Virus record (IMG/VR): IMGVR_UViG_3300028048_001915
Span: 1 to 64,000 of that record
Direction: 5' to 3' (one strand)
DNA: 64,000 bases
Source of the DNA: a virus
Lineage: Duplodnaviria > Caudoviricetes
In this document: in pieces, positions 8,739-17,105 of the stretch
Numbering within the stretch: the first letter of the stretch is position 1
How the letters are laid out: each line of letters opens with the position of its first letter
Translations under genes and position numbers: made by a program
The notes under the pieces: model-generated
What the model saw: the letters and a program-made list of their open reading frames with translations, nothing else
What the model was told of the DNA's origin: nothing
The model's database searches: none

Positions 8739-10003
8739 TAAGTTATAATCAACTTTATATTATCAACAAATAACTTTGTATCTGCAACATTATTGAAAAA
8801 ACGCAACTTTAAATCTTCACTAAATGAAGATGGCGTAGTAAAAGATAATTCGATATGTTGAACAAATTTATTACCATACACATAAACACGACCTAATTCC
8901 CCGCCTAATGAAATAGTACATACAAAATATTCTTCAGGACAATATGTATCAAAAGAAATTACATATGTAGTGTTTTTTTGTAAAATATTTTTAGTAATGT
9001 AAAATAAGACATAATTCCAGTTTACAGAATGGGGTTGAATATATTCTATACAATTTTCACCAATAATACTAAAATTATTTGAGTATATTAAATTCCCATT
9101 TGTACCAGATACTGGTGTATCGTATTCTCCACAACTCCAAAGATTAAAATCTAACAAGTTATTTGTATCTTTCACAAACACGGTTAATATTTGGCTTCTT
9201 ATGACAGACCCGTTAATTGTTGCTTCAGCATAAACATAATAAATACCAGGACTCCAAACAACCTGTGAATCAGACCAATTTTCGAAATAATACTTATAAT
9301 TCATCATACTTTGATTACGAGAATCATCATTTAATTTATATATAGATTCTCCAATTACAGTACCATCAATTAATTTAAAAGTAATTTTAGAAGTATTTGA
9401 TGTTTGTGCCACACCATTTTTATAAATCATACCACCTAACACAAAATGAGCGCCTACTCCCAACCAATCCTTACTATTAGTTACTGCTAATCTATTCTTA
9501 TCATCAGAAAAAGTAACTGAAGTTGAATTATTAAAACACGCATCATCAGCATCACCACTAAGATTTCCTCTAGCTCCTTTCAAATCTAAAGTATAATAAT
9601 TATCCCCCGCACCATTCTCCATATAGTTGATTAATCGTCCTATGTTTATACGGTCTTTATTAGTGAAACTTGTAATCTTCGCTTGTGTTTCCACTTCATT
9701 CTGCTTAGTATCCAAAACAGTCTTCACACCACCACTAGCCACAGCATTACTACTGGAATCAGTAGGACTACTATCCACCTTAACATGACCATAATTTGAT
9801 GCTGAACCCACACCATAAGTAGTACCAGAAGATGCATGGCTGGTAGGTGCACGACTAGTATCTACTGGATGCACATGGTCAGCCCTAGCAATCAAATCAC
9901 TAGAACCCGCAGACTGAGTACCATTCATTTTACTATTAGACGCCGTACTATTCAATTTAGATTTTAACCAATTACTTAAATTAGCTGTATATTTTTTAAC
10001 CAT
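8738..10003 (-). CDS. Tail fibre / receptor-binding protein: constant N-terminus (aa 1-276) plus the currently fused cassette 11 (aa 277-421)
   Basis: Tail-fibre motifs ARADHVHP and YGVGSASNYGHVKV. At codon 277 (nt 9175) the frame reads TVF-VKDTNNLLDFNLWSCGEY...IIGENCIE...FVDNIKL, the same domain as cassettes 1-10. Confidence 0.85.
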   Translation of the reverse strand: MVKKYTANLSNWLKSKLNSTASNSKMNGTQSAGSSDLIARADHVHPVDTSRAPTSHASSGTTYGVGSASNYGHVKVDSSPTDSSSNAVASGGVKTVLDTKQNEVETQAKITSFTNKDRINIGRLINYMENGAGDNYYTLDLKGARGNLSGDADDACFNNSTSVTFSDDKNRLAVTNSKDWLGVGAHFVLGGMIYKNGVAQTSNTSKITFKLIDGTVIGESIYKLNDDSRNQSMMNYKYYFENWSDSQVVWSPGIYYVYAEATINGSVIRSQILTVFVKDTNNLLDFNLWSCGEYDTPVSGTNGNLIYSNNFSIIGENCIEYIQPHSVNWNYVLFYITKNILQKNTTYVISFDTYCPEEYFVCTISLGGELGRVYVYGNKFVQHIELSFTTPSSFSEDLKLRFFNNVADTKLFVDNIKLIIT

Positions 10004-10156
10004 AAAGCTTCAAGCCTCCCTTTAAAAAGAAAATAATAAATAAAAATTATAAAAAATAAATTTGTAATAATCGTGAATCCAAAAAAAAATAAAAAAAGAG
10101 AGTAAATTTATAATACTCTCAAACAATAAAGAATAAAAGAGAATAAATCCTCTTTT

Positions 10157-11305
10157 TTACTCCGCAATTTCAATCTCTAAAATACCAGTAGTATTATCCC
10201 AAGAAACAGAAATATCATCTGCTTCAAGTTTACTATCTAATTCAGTAGTTACAGCAGTAGCTAATTTAGCCCTTGTTACTCCACCATCTTTAATACTGAA
10301 AGTATTACCAGAAACAGTTAATGTTACTTCATCAGCAGTATAAGTATCAATTAAATCAGAAACAGGTAATAATAACCTTTTAGGGTCATCATTATCTTTA
10401 GTATTAACAACGAATAAAATATACTTATCACCAGTAACTAAACCAGCATCAGATTCTTCTTCAGTTGGAGTAGCGCCAACAGTTTTTAACTCAGCAGATT
10501 TTAAAAGTAAATCTTTAGGAATGTTAATTTTACTACCTACTTGCACACCATCTTGTTTAACAATATAAGTAGCTGTGAAACCAGTTTCTGCAGTAGCTTG
10601 TTTTTCAACAGTTACTACTCCACCAAGGTCTGCTAAAGTAGGTTTATCAGATAAATCATCATAACTACCAGTAGTTGCAACAGTTGCAAGGTCAGCTTCA
10701 TCAACTTTAGCATCTAAACTAGTTTGTAAATCAGTAACATCACTAATAGCATGAGTATGTGAGGAATCAGCTTTACCCGCTAAACCATCATAAACTGCTT
10801 TAGCAGATGCATATTGAGTATCAGTACTGGAAGCAGATAAAGTAGTTACTTTATTACTAGTGTCTTCTTTACCAGTAATATCTGAAGCTACAAGATAACC
10901 GGAATCATTATCTAATTCAGATACTGCAGTTGGAATATCTGAGTTATTTGCTTTACCTGCTAATTGGTCGTATACTAATTTTGCAGATGGGTATTGTTCA
11001 TCAGTAGAAGCAGAAGAAATACTAGTTACTTTATTAGATTTATCCTCTTTACCAGTGATGGATTGGTGTTCGGTTAAAAATGGATTAGTACCATCACCAT
11101 CATTAGTTAAATCAGAGGTTTTGGTTGGTAAATCAGTTGCATCTGCTTTACTTTCTAACATAGTGTCTACTTCAGTTTCAGTGTAGTATAAATCACCATG
11201 TTCATGATTAAGTGCTGCTTTTCCAGCTAATTTATTATCTACTTCGTCTTTGTCATATACTAAACTTTTAATAAAATTTTTTATATTTATTGTAAATTTA
11301 CTCAT
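10157..11305 (-). CDS. Tail fibre-like protein with internal repeats
   Basis: Two copies of ITGKEDxSNKVTxxSxxSTDxQYxSAKxVYDxLAGKA; ATVATTGSYDDL and HTHAISDVTDLQTSLDAK fibre motifs; located in the tail module. Confidence 0.7.
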   Translation of the reverse strand: MSKFTINIKNFIKSLVYDKDEVDNKLAGKAALNHEHGDLYYTETEVDTMLESKADATDLPTKTSDLTNDGDGTNPFLTEHQSITGKEDKSNKVTSISSASTDEQYPSAKLVYDQLAGKANNSDIPTAVSELDNDSGYLVASDITGKEDTSNKVTTLSASSTDTQYASAKAVYDGLAGKADSSHTHAISDVTDLQTSLDAKVDEADLATVATTGSYDDLSDKPTLADLGGVVTVEKQATAETGFTATYIVKQDGVQVGSKINIPKDLLLKSAELKTVGATPTEEESDAGLVTGDKYILFVVNTKDNDDPKRLLLPVSDLIDTYTADEVTLTVSGNTFSIKDGGVTRAKLATAVTTELDSKLEADDISVSWDNTTGILEIEIAE

Positions 11306-11349
11306 ATTATCTTATCCTCGCAGGAAAAAAAATTGTTTTTATATATTTT

Positions 11350-11973
11350 TTATTTTTCGAAAATTAGTTCGCCTGTTGTGAAATCAAAGTCAAGGTTCTT
11401 GATATAACCTTCATCCGATAGGAATTCTCTGATTTCATTTTTAGTTACAATATTCTGTATCAACTCTTCAAATTGAGCTTCATCTACAAAATTATTCAAA
11501 CAAACACTATCAACTAATTCACCATTACTGTAACATTGTAGACATTTATCAACAACAATAATATCATCAATACTTTTGTCTAAACGTTCGAATATTTCAA
11601 CAAAAATATCTTTGGCTTCATGACCACAATCGTTAGTGTGGTGATGGTTTTTAGTATATCCACTATTTTGTAAAGGGATAGTGACTTCATTACATGTAAT
11701 GAGATCTCCTCCATAAACAGTGACTTTAAAAAATGTACCGTTTAAACAATCGTTAGGGACAATACAACTACAGATACATGCTGTGCCTAAGTGTATTGTT
11801 TTTTTATCACCCCAACTATTGGTGAAAATAGCGAATTTGTTAACATCATTCCATATCGAGCCTTCGAATGTGAATGTTGTTTTAACTATGTTTTTTGATT
11901 TGCTTATGATGATGTTGTCGGTGTCTGTTCTTTTCATTATTTGGTCATTTATTATGTATTCGGTTTCTATCAC
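11350..11973 (-). CDS. Tail/baseplate-associated protein (possibly BppU-like N-terminus)
   Basis: Position among fibre genes; beta-rich N-terminal domain (FTFEGSIWNDVNKFAIF). Confidence 0.45.
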   Translation of the reverse strand: MIETEYIINDQIMKRTDTDNIIISKSKNIVKTTFTFEGSIWNDVNKFAIFTNSWGDKKTIHLGTACICSCIVPNDCLNGTFFKVTVYGGDLITCNEVTIPLQNSGYTKNHHHTNDCGHEAKDIFVEIFERLDKSIDDIIVVDKCLQCYSNGELVDSVCLNNFVDEAQFEELIQNIVTKNEIREFLSDEGYIKNLDFDFTTGELIFEK

Positions 11974-12026
11974 AAAGTATCAACCCCCCAATGAAAAAAT
12001 AAAAGTTTTATACCATGGGATGAATT

Positions 12027-13007
12027 TTAATCAACTCTTAATTGAATTGTACGATAGACTGGATAATAATTTCCACTTCCCTGGAAAATAAAGTGAACAT
12101 CATATGTTCCTTTGTCTAAGTTTACTCCAAAAGAACTTCCTGATTGGATATCACGATTAGCTCCATTAATAGTATAATGTATGTTTACATTTGGGATTAT
12201 TAATGAATCATCCCATCCCTCAGTTTCAATATTACGGAGTTCGGAATTGTATAAACAAACTTTTAAACGAGTTCCTTGATTAATTGTGATTAATCCTTGA
12301 TTAGTATTATCTTTTGGAGATTCAATATATAATCCCGGAACTCTTTTTTTAGCTTTCGCACCATCAGCAATACCATCTAATTTTCTGAATAATTCTGATG
12401 ACATTAAACCTTTTGTTTCAGCTGAAGCAATATCTAATGAAGCCTTATTATCTAATGCTGTTTTGATTACTTTGTTTTGAACAGGATTAGTACTGGTTCC
12501 AGATAAAGCATTATCCACAGTTATCTTATTCGCACCCTCTTGAATGTACTTTAATTTATTGAACATTGTTGTTGACATGAATCCGGCTGCTGAAGCGGAA
12601 GCTTCACTATGTGTATGTGAAGTATTTGCTTTACTTTGTAATGCAGTATATATTGCTTTATTCTGTACTGGATTAGTTGAAGTAGAAGATATGCTTGTAT
12701 CAGTAGCATGTGAATGTAATACTTCTGCTTTATCATCCAATGCAGTTTTAATTACTTTATTTTGAACTGGATTAGTTGAATTACTTTTTAAAGCATCATC
12801 AACAGGGTGAGTATGATTATAATTTGCTTTACCATCTAAAGTTGTTTGTAAGTCATTCACATCACTTATTTCATGTTTATGTGTGTCTATTAAATCATCC
12901 ACATCTTCTTTTGGGTAGAAATATGATTTCATTAGTTCTTTAATATTGCAGATGAAATCATCTAAACTATCAATATCCATAAATATTATTCCTCCATTGT
13001 TATCCAT
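12027..13007 (-). CDS. Tail fibre-like protein with three STNPVQNK repeats
   Basis: Repeats of D..LS..STNPVQNK.I..AL..KA and ASA..AG.MS...F.KL; HKHEISDVNDLQTTLDGKA. Confidence 0.7.
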   Translation of the reverse strand: MDNNGGIIFMDIDSLDDFICNIKELMKSYFYPKEDVDDLIDTHKHEISDVNDLQTTLDGKANYNHTHPVDDALKSNSTNPVQNKVIKTALDDKAEVLHSHATDTSISSTSTNPVQNKAIYTALQSKANTSHTHSEASASAAGFMSTTMFNKLKYIQEGANKITVDNALSGTSTNPVQNKVIKTALDNKASLDIASAETKGLMSSELFRKLDGIADGAKAKKRVPGLYIESPKDNTNQGLITINQGTRLKVCLYNSELRNIETEGWDDSLIIPNVNIHYTINGANRDIQSGSSFGVNLDKGTYDVHFIFQGSGNYYPVYRTIQLRVD

Positions 13008-13777
13008 GATGCTTGGCCATGGAATATTCCGGAACCCTCATCTTTAATGAATGCATGAATTTTACAATCATCTCCAATTATAATATGTTGGCTTCCAACT
13101 ACAACATCATCAATATAAATTGTTACTCCCTGTGGTGGACGACAATTTTCAGGTAAAACTAGGTTAGTGTTAAAGTATTGATTCCTTATACTACTATTCG
13201 CTTGCCAAGCTACAATATGTAATGAAACAACGTTTCCTGATTTATATAATTTCCATTTACTATGGTGAAATGTTTCAGTTTCTACTTTTGTTGGGGTTAA
13301 TGAATTATCTAAATCGTTAATTTTATCATTTAATACATATCCTTGGTGACTTGATAAAACTTCCCCTGCGTTATATCGTTCACTGGTTAAATTATCTATT
13401 AGTTTAACATGGCCATATTCTGTTGTACTTCCTAGGCCGTATTTAGATGATGTTGATGAGTGTTTATCTGGTTCAAAAGGGTATGTTTTAACATCCGTTT
13501 TCTTTAGGAACACATCGGATGCCATACCATTAAACAAAGAGGCATTAATTTTGTTTTCTTGATTATCATTGCTTAGGAATCTTTTTAACTCATCAGTATC
13601 AACATAAGTAGAATCTAAAGTATCTAATTTCCTGGCTAACTCATTTAATTGGGTTTCATCAGTTAAAATAATTTTACTTATCACATCATTGCCTTTGTAA
13701 GCTATAACTTCCGCCCCAATAATATTGTCTTCGCCATCATTGTGGTAACATCTTACTTTCCATTCCATAAATAACAA
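12986..13777 (-). CDS. Tail fibre-like protein
   Basis: YGLGSTTEYGHVKL motif shared with 8738..10003; C-terminal LYKSGNVV...LPENCRP knob-like segment. Confidence 0.6.
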   Translation of the reverse strand: MLFMEWKVRCYHNDGEDNIIGAEVIAYKGNDVISKIILTDETQLNELARKLDTLDSTYVDTDELKRFLSNDNQENKINASLFNGMASDVFLKKTDVKTYPFEPDKHSSTSSKYGLGSTTEYGHVKLIDNLTSERYNAGEVLSSHQGYVLNDKINDLDNSLTPTKVETETFHHSKWKLYKSGNVVSLHIVAWQANSSIRNQYFNTNLVLPENCRPPQGVTIYIDDVVVGSQHIIIGDDCKIHAFIKDEGSGIFHGQASWITMEE

Positions 13778-13788
13778 TCCTCTTTTTT

Positions 13789-16095
13789 TTATGATTTATA
13801 TTCAATATAATTCGAATCAATAACGACTTGATTATCAGTGTTTGTTCTACTGGCGGAATATCCGATACTAATACAATTATCATCTAAATTAGGAGTGTAA
13901 ACAATAATTACTTTATCATTTAAGGTTATTGTTGGGTTATCATCTTCAAACACAGCAATTTCAAACATGATACTTTTATTGTCAATGATATTATAATCTA
14001 ATCCTTCAACTAATTCCACTTGAGACCCGTCACTATGCATAACAGTAACTTTTCTGATTGGATCTACAGGTTCGGCACGTAACTGAACAGTACGATTAGC
14101 TACCATATCCTCGTCAACAACAATTGTTTCTTCAAAATAATCAAGTATTAATCCTTCTGTTTTGTCTTCACGTAAACCTACTTCGTTTGCAGTTAATCCT
14201 TCAATGAATATCGGATTATAAGAGACAGATAAAGTTCCTTTAGGTAATTCAACATCATCATAGAATTTTAAAGTGTTATTATCATAGTCTACAGTGTAAT
14301 CATACCATTCTCCGTAGGTAACAATGTTTTCTCCTTTGGTGGATGGTTGTATGCTACATTTTAATGTAGGATATGCTGGTTTATCAGTAAATTGGAAATC
14401 AGTGATAAATCCTTTCACATATAAGTTGTTATTTCTTAATATTGTTATAACTGAAGATTTCCCTTTAAGATATTCTTTTATCTGTGATTCTGTTTTACCT
14501 GCAATATCTGCTTCAAGATTAATAGCTTTTAAATCAGGTAAATTAACATAACGTATTAAGTCTGTTGGATTTATGATTGTAAAATGGTCTATAACTTCTT
14601 TTTGACGGATTATTTCAACTGTACATTCGGTATTATTTCCTTCTGTGAATGGTGCATATATTCTACCCCATACATTAGCGGATAATATCCCGGTTAATGG
14701 TGGTGCATATGCGATTGTACGAACATACATTTCTTTTGGTAATTCCATATCTAATGTTATTCCTAATTGTTCTATCCATGGAGTATTTGAACCATTGTTA
14801 CTTTTCATTACTGCACGAACAAATACTACTTTTCTTGGTTCGGTGAATGAGTAACTACCATTTTTAGCAATGTCTTTCCAAGACCTACCATCTTTAGATA
14901 CTTGGAATTTTAATGTATTACCTTCACTTGTTGAGTCTCCACCACATCTTGATGAATCTATTCTTATTTGAGTTATAGGGTTAGCATAAATTGGTTTTAA
15001 GTAAACATAATATGTTTTGCTTGAGTCATATGAATCATGTACTTGTGATATGTCACATTGGAAAGCAAAATCCTGTGGGGCATATTTCCCTTCATGATAA
15101 GGTACTTCCTCCCCAGTTTCTACGTCATCTTTTCCATAGCGTATCCATGTGTAACCACTGTTGAAACTGTAAAATGCATTACCATCCGTATAAACATCCG
15201 CATGACAATGTTTATTCCATCCTCCAATCCAGTAACAGTTTGTTGGATGTGATAATGGGGATAATAATACAATAGCATAAGTTGTTCCTTTTTTAACTGT
15301 GCATGGATGGTCAAATGTTACACTCATTACTCCAGGATTGGTTGTGTTGAAAACTACTGCTTGATAAGCTAAATGTTTTTGGTCACTATCAACTGGAACT
15401 GCAACACCATCTACTACTTGTGTTCTTCTGATTTGAACAATTAAAGGCATACCTGTATTTGTTGTTCCTTTTAAGTTTAACCTAACAGATTCTAATAAAC
15501 CATCAGCTTTTGCTTTAAAAGTTTGAGCACGACTAATGCCTGGTATTTCACCATTCAACATATTAGCCAGCCAATTCGGCCTTGTCTCATAATGGCGGTT
15601 ACGGTCAAAACCAATATACCAGAATTCGTTACATGTGAAGTCATCAGAAATCACATTTCCAGATTCATCACGAATAGTCCAAGGACTATAATTCCGTGTA
15701 GTACTGTCAATTGTATTTTTAGAGACTTTAGGTACTTCAAACCTTTGAACAACACTTGAACCACTAGTGTAAGCATTTCTTATAGCTGTGGTTTTATTTA
15801 TATCAATACAATCAAGAGTATTGAAATCTAAATCTATTCTTTTTTGCACACTATTGTCAAAGGTTATTTTGTTTGTTATTGGGTCTTGATTATACCCATA
15901 ACTGTTTAATTCATCAATAGGAATACTTGAGAATACTTTACGAACTGCAGGTGGTGTTAAATATTCTAATCTATCTACCATTTTTTTAAGGTATGCATCG
16001 TTTTTACAGAATTGACGGAGCATATCTGCGGTTACGTATTTTTGTTCACCGAAACTTTTCAATCCGAGGTTTCGATATTCTGCTGGGCATGGCAT
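13789..16095 (-). CDS. Large tail/baseplate structural protein (768 aa)
   Basis: Long beta-rich ORF between baseplate and fibre genes; family not recognised. Confidence 0.5.
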   Translation of the reverse strand: MPCPAEYRNLGLKSFGEQKYVTADMLRQFCKNDAYLKKMVDRLEYLTPPAVRKVFSSIPIDELNSYGYNQDPITNKITFDNSVQKRIDLDFNTLDCIDINKTTAIRNAYTSGSSVVQRFEVPKVSKNTIDSTTRNYSPWTIRDESGNVISDDFTCNEFWYIGFDRNRHYETRPNWLANMLNGEIPGISRAQTFKAKADGLLESVRLNLKGTTNTGMPLIVQIRRTQVVDGVAVPVDSDQKHLAYQAVVFNTTNPGVMSVTFDHPCTVKKGTTYAIVLLSPLSHPTNCYWIGGWNKHCHADVYTDGNAFYSFNSGYTWIRYGKDDVETGEEVPYHEGKYAPQDFAFQCDISQVHDSYDSSKTYYVYLKPIYANPITQIRIDSSRCGGDSTSEGNTLKFQVSKDGRSWKDIAKNGSYSFTEPRKVVFVRAVMKSNNGSNTPWIEQLGITLDMELPKEMYVRTIAYAPPLTGILSANVWGRIYAPFTEGNNTECTVEIIRQKEVIDHFTIINPTDLIRYVNLPDLKAINLEADIAGKTESQIKEYLKGKSSVITILRNNNLYVKGFITDFQFTDKPAYPTLKCSIQPSTKGENIVTYGEWYDYTVDYDNNTLKFYDDVELPKGTLSVSYNPIFIEGLTANEVGLREDKTEGLILDYFEETIVVDEDMVANRTVQLRAEPVDPIRKVTVMHSDGSQVELVEGLDYNIIDNKSIMFEIAVFEDDNPTITLNDKVIIVYTPNLDDNCISIGYSASRTNTDNQVVIDSNYIEYKS

Positions 16096-16155
16096 GGTTA
16101 ATTATTCCCTCCATAAAAAATTTTATTTTTATTATTCTTTTTCTTTTAATTTTTT

Positions 16156-16827
16156 TTATTTAGTTTGAACAATCAAATCAATAGTATTTGGATCCACATT
16201 ATTCAATGTCTTAATGAAAACATTTCTGGTATTAACATCATAGTAATATGAACCTGCATAAAGGTCTTCTTTTTTAGTTACTTGATTGTATCCCGAACCA
16301 GAATCCAATTCACATACACCAACAACAAGATTTGGCTCATAAACATAATATGTACCATCATAGGCTTTCCAATTGCTTCTGAGACTTCCTGTTACTAATG
16401 TGAAGCAGTAATCTATATGTATGCTGCTTGTTATATCTCCTAAGAATGTTGAGGAGATTTTATTGTAGATGTCTCGACTGATTAATATTTCATCATTAGC
16501 TACTCCTATTTCGCAGGTGTCGAGTATTTCTGATGCGGTGACTTCGCAGGATAAACAGACTTTTTTGGTTTCAGGATTGGCTTTGCTTGAACATAATTTC
16601 CTTACTGTTTCTTTACCTAATTTTTTATTGGTTTTTAATGGTCTGTCTGTTGCTTTTCCCAATACTATGTATTTAATCACTTCGAATTCATTGTTTATCC
16701 ATCTGTTCATGAAGAAACAATCTCCTTGTCTAGTGATAAGATTTGTGCCTTTGATTACTATTTTAGCATTTAAAAACATTGTTTGAAGAGGTATACTTAT
16801 AGCATATTCTCCTTTAACATCAATCAT
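16156..16827 (-). CDS. Baseplate/tail-associated protein
   Basis: EIGV...LISR segment typical of fibre-attachment proteins; operon position. Confidence 0.4.
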   Translation of the reverse strand: MIDVKGEYAISIPLQTMFLNAKIVIKGTNLITRQGDCFFMNRWINNEFEVIKYIVLGKATDRPLKTNKKLGKETVRKLCSSKANPETKKVCLSCEVTASEILDTCEIGVANDEILISRDIYNKISSTFLGDITSSIHIDYCFTLVTGSLRSNWKAYDGTYYVYEPNLVVGVCELDSGSGYNQVTKKEDLYAGSYYYDVNTRNVFIKTLNNVDPNTIDLIVQTK

Positions 16828-17099
16828 ATTATATCAACTCTTTTAACTGTTTTACCTATTGTTAATGTTAATTCTGATACAATTTCAACAGTGTTATTGT
16901 ATTCTTCATTGGAAGTGTTTAACATTACATGAACTTTTTTGGATAATGGTGTTAATTGGTCTAAACGAGCGGATAAATTAGGAACATCTTCCACTATTAT
17001 ATTTGATGATATTTTGTTATGTTCGAACCATAATTCATAATCATTTGGTGTCCAATTCATTTTTGAACGCATATATTTACAAGTGTCTTGATTTACCAT
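16824..17099 (-). CDS. Hypothetical baseplate-region protein
   Basis: Tightly packed ORF in the tail operon. Confidence 0.5.
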   Translation of the reverse strand: MVNQDTCKYMRSKMNWTPNDYELWFEHNKISSNIIVEDVPNLSARLDQLTPLSKKVHVMLNTSNEEYNNTVEIVSELTLTIGKTVKRVDII

Positions 17100-17105
17100 T
17101 TTTTA

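Larger units (their letters stand above)
4286..9180. mobile_element. Shufflon-like invertible array of 11 tail-fibre C-terminal cassettes
   Basis: Eleven 138-156 aa homologous domains, each starting at GTGAAAGA(T/A)A. Two are on the + strand and nine on the - strand; one is fused in frame to the tail-fibre gene 8738..10003. Confidence 0.85.
4286..9180. repeat. Eleven conserved cassette-boundary motifs (candidate recombination sites)
   Basis: First G of GTGAAAGA at + 4291, 4730 and - 5575, 6052, 6502, 6960, 7400, 7849, 8298, 8738, 9175. Approximate consensus RGTYW-GTGAAAGATA(C/A)(C/A)A(A/G)TAA(C/T)(C/T)TA. Confidence 0.9.

Noticed and set aside
4291-9175. CRISPR array interpretation of the regularly spaced repeat
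   Set aside because: Spacing is ~440 bp, the intervening DNA is intact homologous coding sequence, and the conserved core is only about 10 bp.
4291-10003. Diversity-generating retroelement
   Set aside because: No reverse transcriptase in the window and no near-identical TR/VR pair differing at adenines; cassettes diverge throughout.
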